Assembly: GCA_965203555.1 (NCBI GenBank)
Contig: CBDBCY010000004.1
Location: 2,976,001-3,040,000 of the forward strand
Direction of reading: 5' to 3'
Length of the DNA stretch: 64,000 bases
Source of the DNA: Acidimicrobiia bacterium
GTDB lineage: Bacteria > Actinomycetota > Acidimicrobiia > Spongiisociales > ZC4RG35
Shown here one piece after another: positions 8,981-17,182 of the stretch. Both the position numbers and the translations under genes were made by a program. Below the pieces are notes generated by a model that ran no database searches, was not told the origin of the DNA, and saw nothing but the letters and a program-made list of their open reading frames with translations. Every line of letters begins with the position of its first letter. Within the stretch, counting starts at the first letter, position 1.

Positions 8981-10279
8981 TCCCCTTTGAATACATATTC
9001 AAAAATATCATCTCCTCCGCCGACTTACCGTGACCGGGTTGTCGATCATGAAATTCCGGCTGTCCTCAAGGCGGCGCGGGCCGTGCTCATCGAAGGCCCC
9101 AAGGCATGTGGTAAGACTTGGACCGGACAGCGCTTCGCTCGAAGCGAGGTGTTCCTGGAGGAACGTCCCGACCTCTGGGGGATAGCGACCCAGGCTACGG
9201 GGTTGTTGTTAGAGGGCGCCACTCCTCGTCTCCTCGACGAGTGGCAAAGGGTTCCCGATCTGTGGCACTTGGTGCGCGCGGCATGCGACCGACGGGGATT
9301 GGCGGGGCAGTTCATCCTTACCGGTTCCGCGGTTCCCCCTGATGAATTCACCCGACACTCCGGGGCAGGACGCATCAGCCGGGTGCGGATGCGCCCGATG
9401 TCGCTGTACGAAATGGGACTGTCCACCGCAGTGGCGTCTGTCGGAGGGATGCTGGAGGCTCTGCAAGCGTGGGATTGCCCTGTTGTGGAAGCGGATTTGG
9501 ATGTGCCGGATCTGGTGTATGCGGTATGTCGCGGTGGCTGGCCGCAGTTCATCGATCTGTCTGTGGAGGAGGCTATGGGGCAGATCCGAAGTTATGTGGA
9601 CAATATCTGCCGCGTGGACATGTCCGCGGTGGACGGTGTCCGGAGAAGCCCCGAGAGGGTGATGCGTCTGATGCAGTCCCTGGCGCGCAATGTCGCCAAT
9701 CATGTCGGCATCGACAGGCTCGCCAAGGAGACCGAGGGCCAGATCCCACTGGACCGGAGCACGGTCAAGACCTACATGGAGACGTTGAGCCGCCTGTTCG
9801 TAGTCGAAGATCTACCCGCCTGGAATGTTCATCTTCGGTCAAGGGCTCGTCTTCTCAAGGCGCCTAAACGGCATTTCGTAGACCCGTCCCTGGCACCTGC
9901 CTCCCTGGGAGTCGGCCCGCAGAGATACCTGGACGACCTGAATGCCTTCGGGTTCCTGTTCGAATCGATGGCCGTGCGAGACCTGCGCATCTACGCCCAA
10001 GCCCACGACGCCTCCGTCTACTACTACCGCGACTACGGTGGTCTGGAGGTGGACGCAGTGGTCGAGACCAGAGACGGACGATGGTCGGCGGTGGAGGTGA
10101 AGCTGGGCGGCGCCAAGGCCATCGACCGGGCGGCCGCCACGTTGCTGAAACTCCGGGACCGGGTCACCGAGCAACGGGCTGCCAACTTAGCCCAGTTGGT
10201 GGTGATCACCGGAGGACGATACAGCTACCGGCGTCCTGACGGAGTGGCCATCGTTCCCCTGGCGGCGCTGGGGCCGTAA
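8960..10279 (+). CDS. AAA_14-type ATPase with DUF4143-type C-terminal PD-(D/E)XK-like domain
   Basis: Walker A IEGPKACGKT, Walker B LLDEWQ, FILTGS, HSGAGRI, MRPMSLYE, GGWP, KRHFVDPSL, GFLFES, YYYRD..GLEVDAVV..AVEVKLG. Start uncertain (TTG 8960 or 8987). Confidence 0.88.
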   Translation: MVPFVKRSPLNTYSKISSPPPTYRDRVVDHEIPAVLKAARAVLIEGPKACGKTWTGQRFARSEVFLEERPDLWGIATQATGLLLEGATPRLLDEWQRVPDLWHLVRAACDRRGLAGQFILTGSAVPPDEFTRHSGAGRISRVRMRPMSLYEMGLSTAVASVGGMLEALQAWDCPVVEADLDVPDLVYAVCRGGWPQFIDLSVEEAMGQIRSYVDNICRVDMSAVDGVRRSPERVMRLMQSLARNVANHVGIDRLAKETEGQIPLDRSTVKTYMETLSRLFVVEDLPAWNVHLRSRARLLKAPKRHFVDPSLAPASLGVGPQRYLDDLNAFGFLFESMAVRDLRIYAQAHDASVYYYRDYGGLEVDAVVETRDGRWSAVEVKLGGAKAIDRAAATLLKLRDRVTEQRAANLAQLVVITGGRYSYRRPDGVAIVPLAALGP

Positions 10280-10328
10280 ACGGGCCTTGACCGGATCGAT
10301 TTTTCCTTTACGATCCGACCGGTCGGGA

Positions 10329-10970
10329 TCACCACACAGGCTCGACGTCGAGTTCTTCCAGGAGGGTGCGGACCCGTTGTTCGAGGTCCTCGCGGATGGG
10401 ACGGATCTCATCCAGGGTTTTTCCAGACGGGTCATCGACTTCCCAGTCTATGTAACGCTTGCCGGGGTAGATGGGACAGGCGTCACCGCATCCCATCGTC
10501 ACCACCACGTCGGCGGCGCGTACTATCTCATCCGACCACGGTTGGGGAATCTCGCCCCGGATATTGATCCCCCTTTCCAGCATGGCCTGGGCGGCGGTTT
10601 GGTTGATGTCCTCGGCGGGCTCCGATCCGCCGGTGAATACGTCTATTTTGCCTCCCGACAGCAGGCGCATGTACCCCGCCGCCATCTGCGATCGTCCGGC
10701 ATTGTGTACGCACAGGAACAGGACACTGGGGTTCAACAGGGTGGGATTGGTCTGCAGACGCACCATCGCCCGGAGTCTTTCGCCGGCGAATCTCTCGGCC
10801 AGGAGCGCGATCCAAGTGGTGGTGGTGGCCTTTTCCATCAAACGGTCCAGAGAGTCGGTCATGAAACGCTCGATGGTTTCGGCGTTGAGCTTGCCTTTGA
10901 ACTGATCCTGCAGCCTGACCGCGGCTTGGCTTAGCAGGAGCTTTTCCTCGGTTGAGAGTTCGGCTGACAC
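10329..10970 (-). CDS. arsC: Arsenate reductase ArsC (LMW-PTP fold) with N-terminal helical extension
   Basis: FLCVHNAGRSQMAA (CX5R), TMGCGDACP, DWEVDDP. Confidence 0.85.
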   Translation of the reverse strand: MSAELSTEEKLLLSQAAVRLQDQFKGKLNAETIERFMTDSLDRLMEKATTTTWIALLAERFAGERLRAMVRLQTNPTLLNPSVLFLCVHNAGRSQMAAGYMRLLSGGKIDVFTGGSEPAEDINQTAAQAMLERGINIRGEIPQPWSDEIVRAADVVVTMGCGDACPIYPGKRYIDWEVDDPSGKTLDEIRPIREDLEQRVRTLLEELDVEPVW

Positions 10971-10983
10971 GGTGGGAGCTCCT

Positions 10984-11670
10984 TTACTGGGTTGGTCGCG
11001 GGTCGGAGGGGGTCCTGGTTGCCTGGATCAGCCGCTCCATCCGGCCGGTGATCTCTGCGAACGATCTTCGGAATGCCGACATATCGTTGTGGGAGACGGG
11101 GTCGGGCACGGACCAGTGAAGCCGGGGGGCATTGAAGCGTGCGCCGGACTCACGGGCGCGGTCGCAGACCGAGACCACCAGATCCGGGCGCCGGTCGATC
11201 TGCTGGTAACCCCGGGGGAGAGCACGGCTGAGATCGATGCCCAGCTCGGCCGCAGCTTCGATGGCCCGTGGATGCACCATCGTCGCCGGTTGCGTGCCAG
11301 CGCTGAGTTCGGGATTGCCGGTTCGCTGTTTCCACAAAGCCGCCGCGTACTGGGAGCGGGCTGAGTTATGGACGCAGACGAACAGTACCCGAGTGGCGGC
11401 CAGGGCCGGGGTGGTCATCAGGTCGATCAAGCGCCCGTGCAGAAGCGACACGTATCGCCGTCTCCCATCGCCCTCGGACATCCGGCGTTCCACCAGGCCG
11501 GCGTTCTGGAGGACCTTCAGGTGGTGGGACAGAAGGTTGCTCTCCAGGCCGGTGATCTTCTTGAGTTCTGCCACTCCCAGGTCGCCCAGCGCCAGGGCAT
11601 CCACCACCACCAGCCGGACCGGGTCGCCCAACGCGGAGTGGACGGCGGCTCTTTCTTTCAAAGGCAACAT
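10984..11670 (-). CDS. ArsR-type HTH fused to an ArsC/LMW-PTP domain
   Basis: ALGDPVRL...NLLSHHLKVLQNAGLV (ArsR HTH) followed by FVCVHNSARSQ (CX5R) and HWSVPDP. Confidence 0.85.
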   Translation of the reverse strand: MLPLKERAAVHSALGDPVRLVVVDALALGDLGVAELKKITGLESNLLSHHLKVLQNAGLVERRMSEGDGRRRYVSLLHGRLIDLMTTPALAATRVLFVCVHNSARSQYAAALWKQRTGNPELSAGTQPATMVHPRAIEAAAELGIDLSRALPRGYQQIDRRPDLVVSVCDRARESGARFNAPRLHWSVPDPVSHNDMSAFRRSFAEITGRMERLIQATRTPSDPRPTQ

Positions 11671-11698
11671 TTAATTCAAAGTTTACTGAGACAAAACA

Positions 11699-11711
11699 AT
11701 TTGATACAAAT
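11699..11711. promoter_or_regulatory. Inverted repeat ATTTG-ATA-CAAAT, possible ArsR operator
   Basis: Short dyad in the AT-rich divergent promoter region just upstream of the ArsR fusion; could be chance. Confidence 0.3.
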
Positions 11712-11848
11712 GGAAGGGAGAGTGGAGAACTGCGGTCGATCACCTGTGACAGGACATGTCATCCGGGCCGATAGAGGCACTCTCGGGTAACGCTTTGGCA
11801 TAGGAACGGCCCGCAAATATGATGAAACCTTGAAGTGAAAGGGGCCCG

Positions 11849-12739
11849 ATGCTGGAATTGAACCGGCTTTCCAAGCGTTACGGGGAGATCCAGGCTCTCG
11901 ACGAGTGCAGCTTCCGGGTGGAGCGGGGACGGATGCTCGGGTTCCTGGGTCCCAACGGAGCGGGAAAGACCACCGCCATGCGGTCGGTGTTCAATCTGGT
12001 GCGCCTGGACGGGGGCTCGGTCAGGTGGAGAGGCAATGCCGTCGGTCAGTTTGAACGACTTCGGTTCGGCTACATGCCCGAGCAGCGGGGTTTGTACCCG
12101 AAGATGAAGATCGGTCGCCAACTCGCCTACCTGGGACGCATCCACGGCATGACCGCGTCGGAGGCCGGCACCGCCGCCGGGCGATGGCTGGAAGAATTCG
12201 GCCTGTCGGACAGGATCAAGGACCCCCTGGAGAAGCTGTCCCACGGCAACCAGCAGCGAGTCCAGTTGGCGGCGGCCTTGATCCATGATCCCGAATTGCT
12301 GGTGTTGGATGAGCCGTTCAGCGGTCTCGATCCGTTCGGGGTGGAAACTATGGCCGACATCCTCCGGACCCGGGCCGCGGCCGGGGCGGCGGTGGTGTTT
12401 TCGAGCCACCAACTGGATATGGTGGAGGATCTGTGCCAGGACGTGGCGATCATCAACCGGGGCAGGGTTGTCATGGCGGGAGACGTTCGCCAACTCAAGA
12501 TGGACTCTCCGTACTGGATTATCGAAGTGGAGACTGGAACCGGAGATCCAAAACGGTTGAGTCGGCTCGATACGGTGGTCTCGGTGGATTTCGACGGTTA
12601 CCGTCACCGCATCGTGGTGAGGAAGGGCGGAGATCTGAGTGATCTGGTCTCCCGACTCGATCTGGGAGGAGATGTGCGCCACTTCACCTTTTCGGCCCCC
12701 TCGCTCTCCGAACTCTTCCGCGAGGCGGTGACCGGATGA
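11849..12739 (+). CDS. ABC-2 type transporter ATP-binding protein
   Basis: GPNGAGKTT, LSHGNQQRVQ signature variant, LVLDEPFSGLDP, SSH. Confidence 0.92.
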   Translation: MLELNRLSKRYGEIQALDECSFRVERGRMLGFLGPNGAGKTTAMRSVFNLVRLDGGSVRWRGNAVGQFERLRFGYMPEQRGLYPKMKIGRQLAYLGRIHGMTASEAGTAAGRWLEEFGLSDRIKDPLEKLSHGNQQRVQLAAALIHDPELLVLDEPFSGLDPFGVETMADILRTRAAAGAAVVFSSHQLDMVEDLCQDVAIINRGRVVMAGDVRQLKMDSPYWIIEVETGTGDPKRLSRLDTVVSVDFDGYRHRIVVRKGGDLSDLVSRLDLGGDVRHFTFSAPSLSELFREAVTG

Positions 12740-13932
12740 TGTCCTGGAAGGCGATCCGGCTGGTCATGGCCAGAGAGATCAGGGAGCGGTCCCGGTCGGG
12801 GGCATTCATCGCCTCGGTGGTGATGACTCTCCTTTTCGTGGCCGCCATCCTGTTGCTGCCGCTCATTTTCGCCGATGACGACATTCACTACGAGTTGGGA
12901 GTGGTGGGGGAGGGCAACCAGGCGATTGTCGATGCCGCCCTAACGCTGGCCAACTACGAAGGAAGGCAGGTGAGAACCACGATCGATGTGACCACCTACG
13001 CATCCCGGGAAGCCGCGGAGAGAGCGGCGGACAGCGAGGAGATGGACGGGGCATTGGTTGATGGCAGGGAGTTGGTGGTGCGAGGTGCGGGCGGGGATGC
13101 CGGCAGTGATCTCCTGGCGCTTTTGCAGAGCGGCGCCCGCTCCGTTCAGATCGAAGGCTTGGTGGCGTCCGGACAGGGTGAGGTCGTCGCCATTCTCACA
13201 TCCGCTCCCCTGGGAGTCAGGTACCTTTCGGGCGCCGATCCGGCGGAGAACACCGAGCGGTCGGTGGTTGCCTTCGGGGGGCTGTTCCTGCTGTATATTG
13301 CGGTGCTTCTGTACGGATCGTTGATTTTGACGGGCGTCACCGAGGAAAAGACCAACCGAGTGGTGGAAGTGCTACTCGCCGCCTTCGAGCCGTGGCAGCT
13401 TTTGGCCGGAAAGATCATCGGCATCGGACTTCTCGGGTTGGCTCAGTTCGTGGGGACGGTGCTGATCGCTCTGGTGGGAGTCGAATTGACCAGCGTCTTC
13501 GACTTGCCGCAGTTCCCGATCGACAGCGTGGCTGTGCTGGTGCTTTGGTTCATCCTGGGATACTCCCTATTCGCGGTGGTGTTCGGCGCCGCCGGTGCGT
13601 TGGTTTCGCGGGCCGAGGATGCACAAAGCGTGGTCGCCCCGATCTCCCTGGTGGCGGTGGCCGGTTTCTTCATTGCCATCCAAGCCGTGGAGAATCCCAC
13701 CAGCACGTTGTCGGTGGTGACGACATTCATTCCGCCGGTTGCCCCCTTCGTGGTTCCGGTCCGCTTCGCCTTCCAGGCCGTCCCACTCTGGCAGTTCGCC
13801 GTTTCGGTGGGCCTGATGGTCCTCACCATCGTCGTCATGATCCGCTTGGCGGGGCGAGTGTACCTGGGTGGATTACTGCGATTCGGAGGCAAGGTCGGCA
13901 TCCGGGAGGCGTTCCGTACGGCCGAATTGTAA
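12736..13932 (+). CDS. ABC-2 type transporter permease (NatB-like)
   Basis: REIRERSRS N-terminus, VTEEKTNRVVEVLL, LLAGKIIG, multiple TM helices; overlaps the ATPase stop. Confidence 0.9.
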   Translation: MMSWKAIRLVMAREIRERSRSGAFIASVVMTLLFVAAILLLPLIFADDDIHYELGVVGEGNQAIVDAALTLANYEGRQVRTTIDVTTYASREAAERAADSEEMDGALVDGRELVVRGAGGDAGSDLLALLQSGARSVQIEGLVASGQGEVVAILTSAPLGVRYLSGADPAENTERSVVAFGGLFLLYIAVLLYGSLILTGVTEEKTNRVVEVLLAAFEPWQLLAGKIIGIGLLGLAQFVGTVLIALVGVELTSVFDLPQFPIDSVAVLVLWFILGYSLFAVVFGAAGALVSRAEDAQSVVAPISLVAVAGFFIAIQAVENPTSTLSVVTTFIPPVAPFVVPVRFAFQAVPLWQFAVSVGLMVLTIVVMIRLAGRVYLGGLLRFGGKVGIREAFRTAEL

Positions 13933-14021
13933 AGATCCGGCGCAGCCAGAGGGTGTGTGAAAACCGGCGGCGCAACACGTCAGGGGGTGGGGCGACGGTC
14001 ACGAGGTCGGCGACGCAACTC

Positions 14022-14043
14022 TGTCACACCCCCGTATTAAGGT
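14022..14043 (+). promoter_or_regulatory. PafBC/RecA-NDp-type promoter motif TGTCAC-N10-TA-N3-T
   Basis: TGTCAC ACCCCCGTAT TA AGG T, 20 bp upstream of the presumed DUF6361 start; the same geometry recurs at 57409-57430. Confidence 0.6.
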
Positions 14044-14063
14044 TAGGTACGGATGAGGTTCGC

Positions 14064-15293
14064 CTGACCGCCTATTCGCCCGCCTCTTCGCTGGGGTGGC
14101 TCGATTTCGATGCCGCCGCGACCGAGCGAGTCGCGACTATCTTGAGCGCCCTCGAAGAGCCCACCACACTGGATGTCCTGGGACTGGGATCGGTGCGGGA
14201 CACCTTCTCCGAGATGTTGCACCCCGGTACCTCGTACGTCCACACCAAGCTGCGATACTTCATGTTCCTGCCGTGGATTTTCCAGCGTTTGGAACGTGAC
14301 CATGTTGCGCCCGGAGATTTTTTCCAGCGGCTTCGCCACGATGAGGCTTTGCTCATCGAATGTCTGCGCCATCTGGGACCCGGTAAGGGTGTTATCGGCT
14401 ACCAGGCCGGTCGAAACTTGAAACGTATGCCCAGTGACATCTATTGGGGCGGCCTTTGGGCCTGGGGTTTGCGACGCCTCCCCCTCAGCCTCGGCGAGTA
14501 TGCACAGCGGGCGGCCGCCTTGGGCCGGACCGAGTCGGTGCTGGATGACGACGGCAAGGTGACGGACAAGACTGGCTCCATGTGGGCGCGACTGCCGGAT
14601 CCTCCTGAACGCTTTCTGGAGACTCCCATCACCTTCGAGTTGAGCCGGGAAGAAGCCGAGACTCTGCTCTACAACGTTCAGCGTAAACAGCAGGGCACCC
14701 TTCTGGCCTGGCTGTTCGCCCGACCACACCTTGCCGCCCAATGTGACTATCCGTGGGAGGTGCCCAGTGACGGCATGCCCGAGGAACTCGCCGAGGTGGT
14801 TCGTCACGCTCGGTGCTTTTCCGAGTTGACCGCCGGCCCGCAGTATGTCTACAACCTCCTGGTTGCCCGACGGGCTCATCGAGAACTGGGTTGGGACACC
14901 GCCCCACTGGAGGAGAGACAACTTGATCGTCTGGGGAGGTGGGTGTCATTGATCGGATCTCGACATCAGGACCTTCTGGCTTGGGCAGACGATCTACCGT
15001 CACTCTGGAGGGTTGTAAGTGGAAGCCGCATAGGCCATGCCACGCGGACATTTGTTGCCTCCATCGTCAAACTGGTGGTCGACAATCCGGAGGGGTTTGC
15101 GGACAACCCGGTCACCCACGCCGAAATCCGCCGTCGTGAGCTACAGCTCAAAGGCAGACGAGCCCGGCTGGCGCATCGAGCCGCCCTGGAGAACTGGAGG
15201 GGCGGCGCCGCAGGTGGTCAGCTCGAATTCCGATGGTCTATCGCCCAGGGCTATTTGGGTGAGATTGCCGAAGCCTTGGGAACCGACCACTGA
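14064..15293 (+). CDS. DUF6361-like protein, gene 1 of an Azaca-like defence operon
   Basis: SSLGWLDFD...TLDVLGLGSVRDTFSEMLHPGTSYVHTKLRYFMFLPW...LKRMPSDIYWGGL...RRELQLKGRRARL...LEFRW. The ORF-track start at 13392 overlaps the permease; the likely start is CTG 14064 after GAGG (alternative GTG 13953). Confidence 0.75.
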   Translation: MTAYSPASSLGWLDFDAAATERVATILSALEEPTTLDVLGLGSVRDTFSEMLHPGTSYVHTKLRYFMFLPWIFQRLERDHVAPGDFFQRLRHDEALLIECLRHLGPGKGVIGYQAGRNLKRMPSDIYWGGLWAWGLRRLPLSLGEYAQRAAALGRTESVLDDDGKVTDKTGSMWARLPDPPERFLETPITFELSREEAETLLYNVQRKQQGTLLAWLFARPHLAAQCDYPWEVPSDGMPEELAEVVRHARCFSELTAGPQYVYNLLVARRAHRELGWDTAPLEERQLDRLGRWVSLIGSRHQDLLAWADDLPSLWRVVSGSRIGHATRTFVASIVKLVVDNPEGFADNPVTHAEIRRRELQLKGRRARLAHRAALENWRGGAAGGQLEFRWSIAQGYLGEIAEALGTDH

Positions 15294-17182
15294 TGCTGAT
15301 TCCCACCAACCGCCTGACACTGATCGACGCGATGCGCCCCCCGGCCGGATTCCAGTTGGAAGCGGCCATGGCGGTGACCTTCACCCTCAACCTGCAGGCG
15401 CTGTTGGCGGCGCCAGCCGCCTTCGCCATGGCCGGATTGAATGACGCCACGGCTGATTCTGGTGGGCACACCCCCGTGGAACTGATCCACGCCCTTCGCT
15501 CTCATGCTCACAAGCTGACGGTTTTCAGCGAGGTGGGCGGGATCAGCTTGCCGCCGGCCAGTCGAGCCTTCGCCTTTCTCGAGCGGGCGGTAGTGCCGGT
15601 TCGCGCCCCGCATGGAGGAATCGTCCATTCCAAGGTGTGGGTGCTGCGCTACCAGTCATCCGCCGATACCAACGGGGTCAGCGAAGGCGACCAACGGCTC
15701 CGAGTGCTAATCGCCAGTCGCAATCTGACCTTTGATGAGAGCTGGGACACAGTGCTGAGGCTCGACGAGACGCCGAACCCTGGCGGCGCGGTGCTTGAGG
15801 GGGTCGGGAAACTCTTCACGGGCCTGCTCAAAGCCACTGTCGGGAAGGTCGAAACAGAACATGAAGAACGGGTGCACTCGCTGGCTGAAGCTCTCCGAAC
15901 TGCACGGTTCGAGCTGCCGGCGGGCGTCGATGACCTCGGGATCCATGTGTTTGGCCTCGGAGAGGAGTCCCCGCCATTCCCAGAGAGTCCCGAACGCGCG
16001 CTGATCATCTCGCCCTTTTTGACCGACGACTTCTTCAAACGGGTGCATCCCGCTCCGGTGGACACGCTGGTCAGCCGACAGGAAGCAATCGACGGACTTC
16101 AACAGAGCACTCTCGATCCCATCCCTAATATATTTGTCTTCGACGACGGCAGCACATTCGAGTATGCAGACTCGTCAAGCGGCGGCACCCCGGTGGACGG
16201 TGGGCAAAAGCCTGGCGGAGCCGCGCCACCGACTCCGTCACGCGCCGATCCCGGCCGTCCCTTGGTTGGAGTCCATGCCAAGGTTTTCGCCTTTGAGCAA
16301 AGAGATCGCGCCCGCCTGTTCGTCGGTTCGGCCAACGCGACGGGCCCTGCGTTCGGCAGCAACGTCGAGATTCTGGCGGAACTGCGCGGGCCGGTTTCCG
16401 AGTTGGGGATCGATCGACTCTTGGACGGCGAGGGGGACGATCCCGGGCTCCGTGATCTGTTCCACTCCTACCACCGTGACCCCAATCCGGAACCACCGGA
16501 GGAACCTGATGGATCCGGCATTCTCGACCGGACGCGCCGGAAGATAGCGTGCCTTCCGATGGAGGGAACAGTGGAGCCCACCGGCGAAGGAGGTGAGGAC
16601 TGGGCCGTTACCTACCGCTGCCCCGAGTCTTTGCCTGCCGCCGCTGACGTCGAGATTCATTGCTGGCCGCTGACCACCCCCGGCAATCGGCGGTTGGTCG
16701 GCACTATCGAGCCGTTCGAGATGCGCTTCGAAACCAGCCTCGAAGCCCTCAGCGGGTTCTTGGCTTTCGAGTTGAGGCATGACAGCGGCGAGCAGACCTG
16801 GTTCGCGGTCCCCGTGCCTCTGGTTGGAGTGCCCGAGTACCGAGACCGGACCCTGCTCAAGGTGCTGATCGGCAACGCCGAGCGGTTCCTGCGATACCTG
16901 CTAGCGCTCCTATACGAGAGGTCGGATCAATTCGATCTCCGCGGAGTCACGAGGATCATCGACAGTTCAGAGTCCGATGGGAGCGGTCCGATCAGCTTCA
17001 CGGTGCTCGAACAACTGCTGCAAACCATGAGGCGCGATCCGCTGAAGCTCACCGGACTGCACCCGCTGGTCGCCGACCTTCGGGCCGACGACGCGCTGCC
17101 ACCGGGCTTCGCTGAACTCTGGGACGCCATCCACGATGTGGCGATCGAGGGCGCTCTGGAGCAGGGCGCACACCTGCCATGA
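15293..17182 (+). CDS. Phospholipase D-family nuclease, gene 2 of the Azaca-like operon
   Basis: Two HxK motifs: VHSKVWVLRY...IASRNLT and VHAKVFAFE...VGSANAT; TGATG coupling to gene 1. Confidence 0.85.
   Translation: MLIPTNRLTLIDAMRPPAGFQLEAAMAVTFTLNLQALLAAPAAFAMAGLNDATADSGGHTPVELIHALRSHAHKLTVFSEVGGISLPPASRAFAFLERAVVPVRAPHGGIVHSKVWVLRYQSSADTNGVSEGDQRLRVLIASRNLTFDESWDTVLRLDETPNPGGAVLEGVGKLFTGLLKATVGKVETEHEERVHSLAEALRTARFELPAGVDDLGIHVFGLGEESPPFPESPERALIISPFLTDDFFKRVHPAPVDTLVSRQEAIDGLQQSTLDPIPNIFVFDDGSTFEYADSSSGGTPVDGGQKPGGAAPPTPSRADPGRPLVGVHAKVFAFEQRDRARLFVGSANATGPAFGSNVEILAELRGPVSELGIDRLLDGEGDDPGLRDLFHSYHRDPNPEPPEEPDGSGILDRTRRKIACLPMEGTVEPTGEGGEDWAVTYRCPESLPAAADVEIHCWPLTTPGNRRLVGTIEPFEMRFETSLEALSGFLAFELRHDSGEQTWFAVPVPLVGVPEYRDRTLLKVLIGNAERFLRYLLALLYERSDQFDLRGVTRIIDSSESDGSGPISFTVLEQLLQTMRRDPLKLTGLHPLVADLRADDALPPGFAELWDAIHDVAIEGALEQGAHLP

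Noticed and set aside
13392-14063. N-terminal 224 aa of the 633-aa ORF
   Set aside because: Overlaps the permease in another frame and lies upstream of the promoter motif; family-like sequence begins at SSLGWLDFD.
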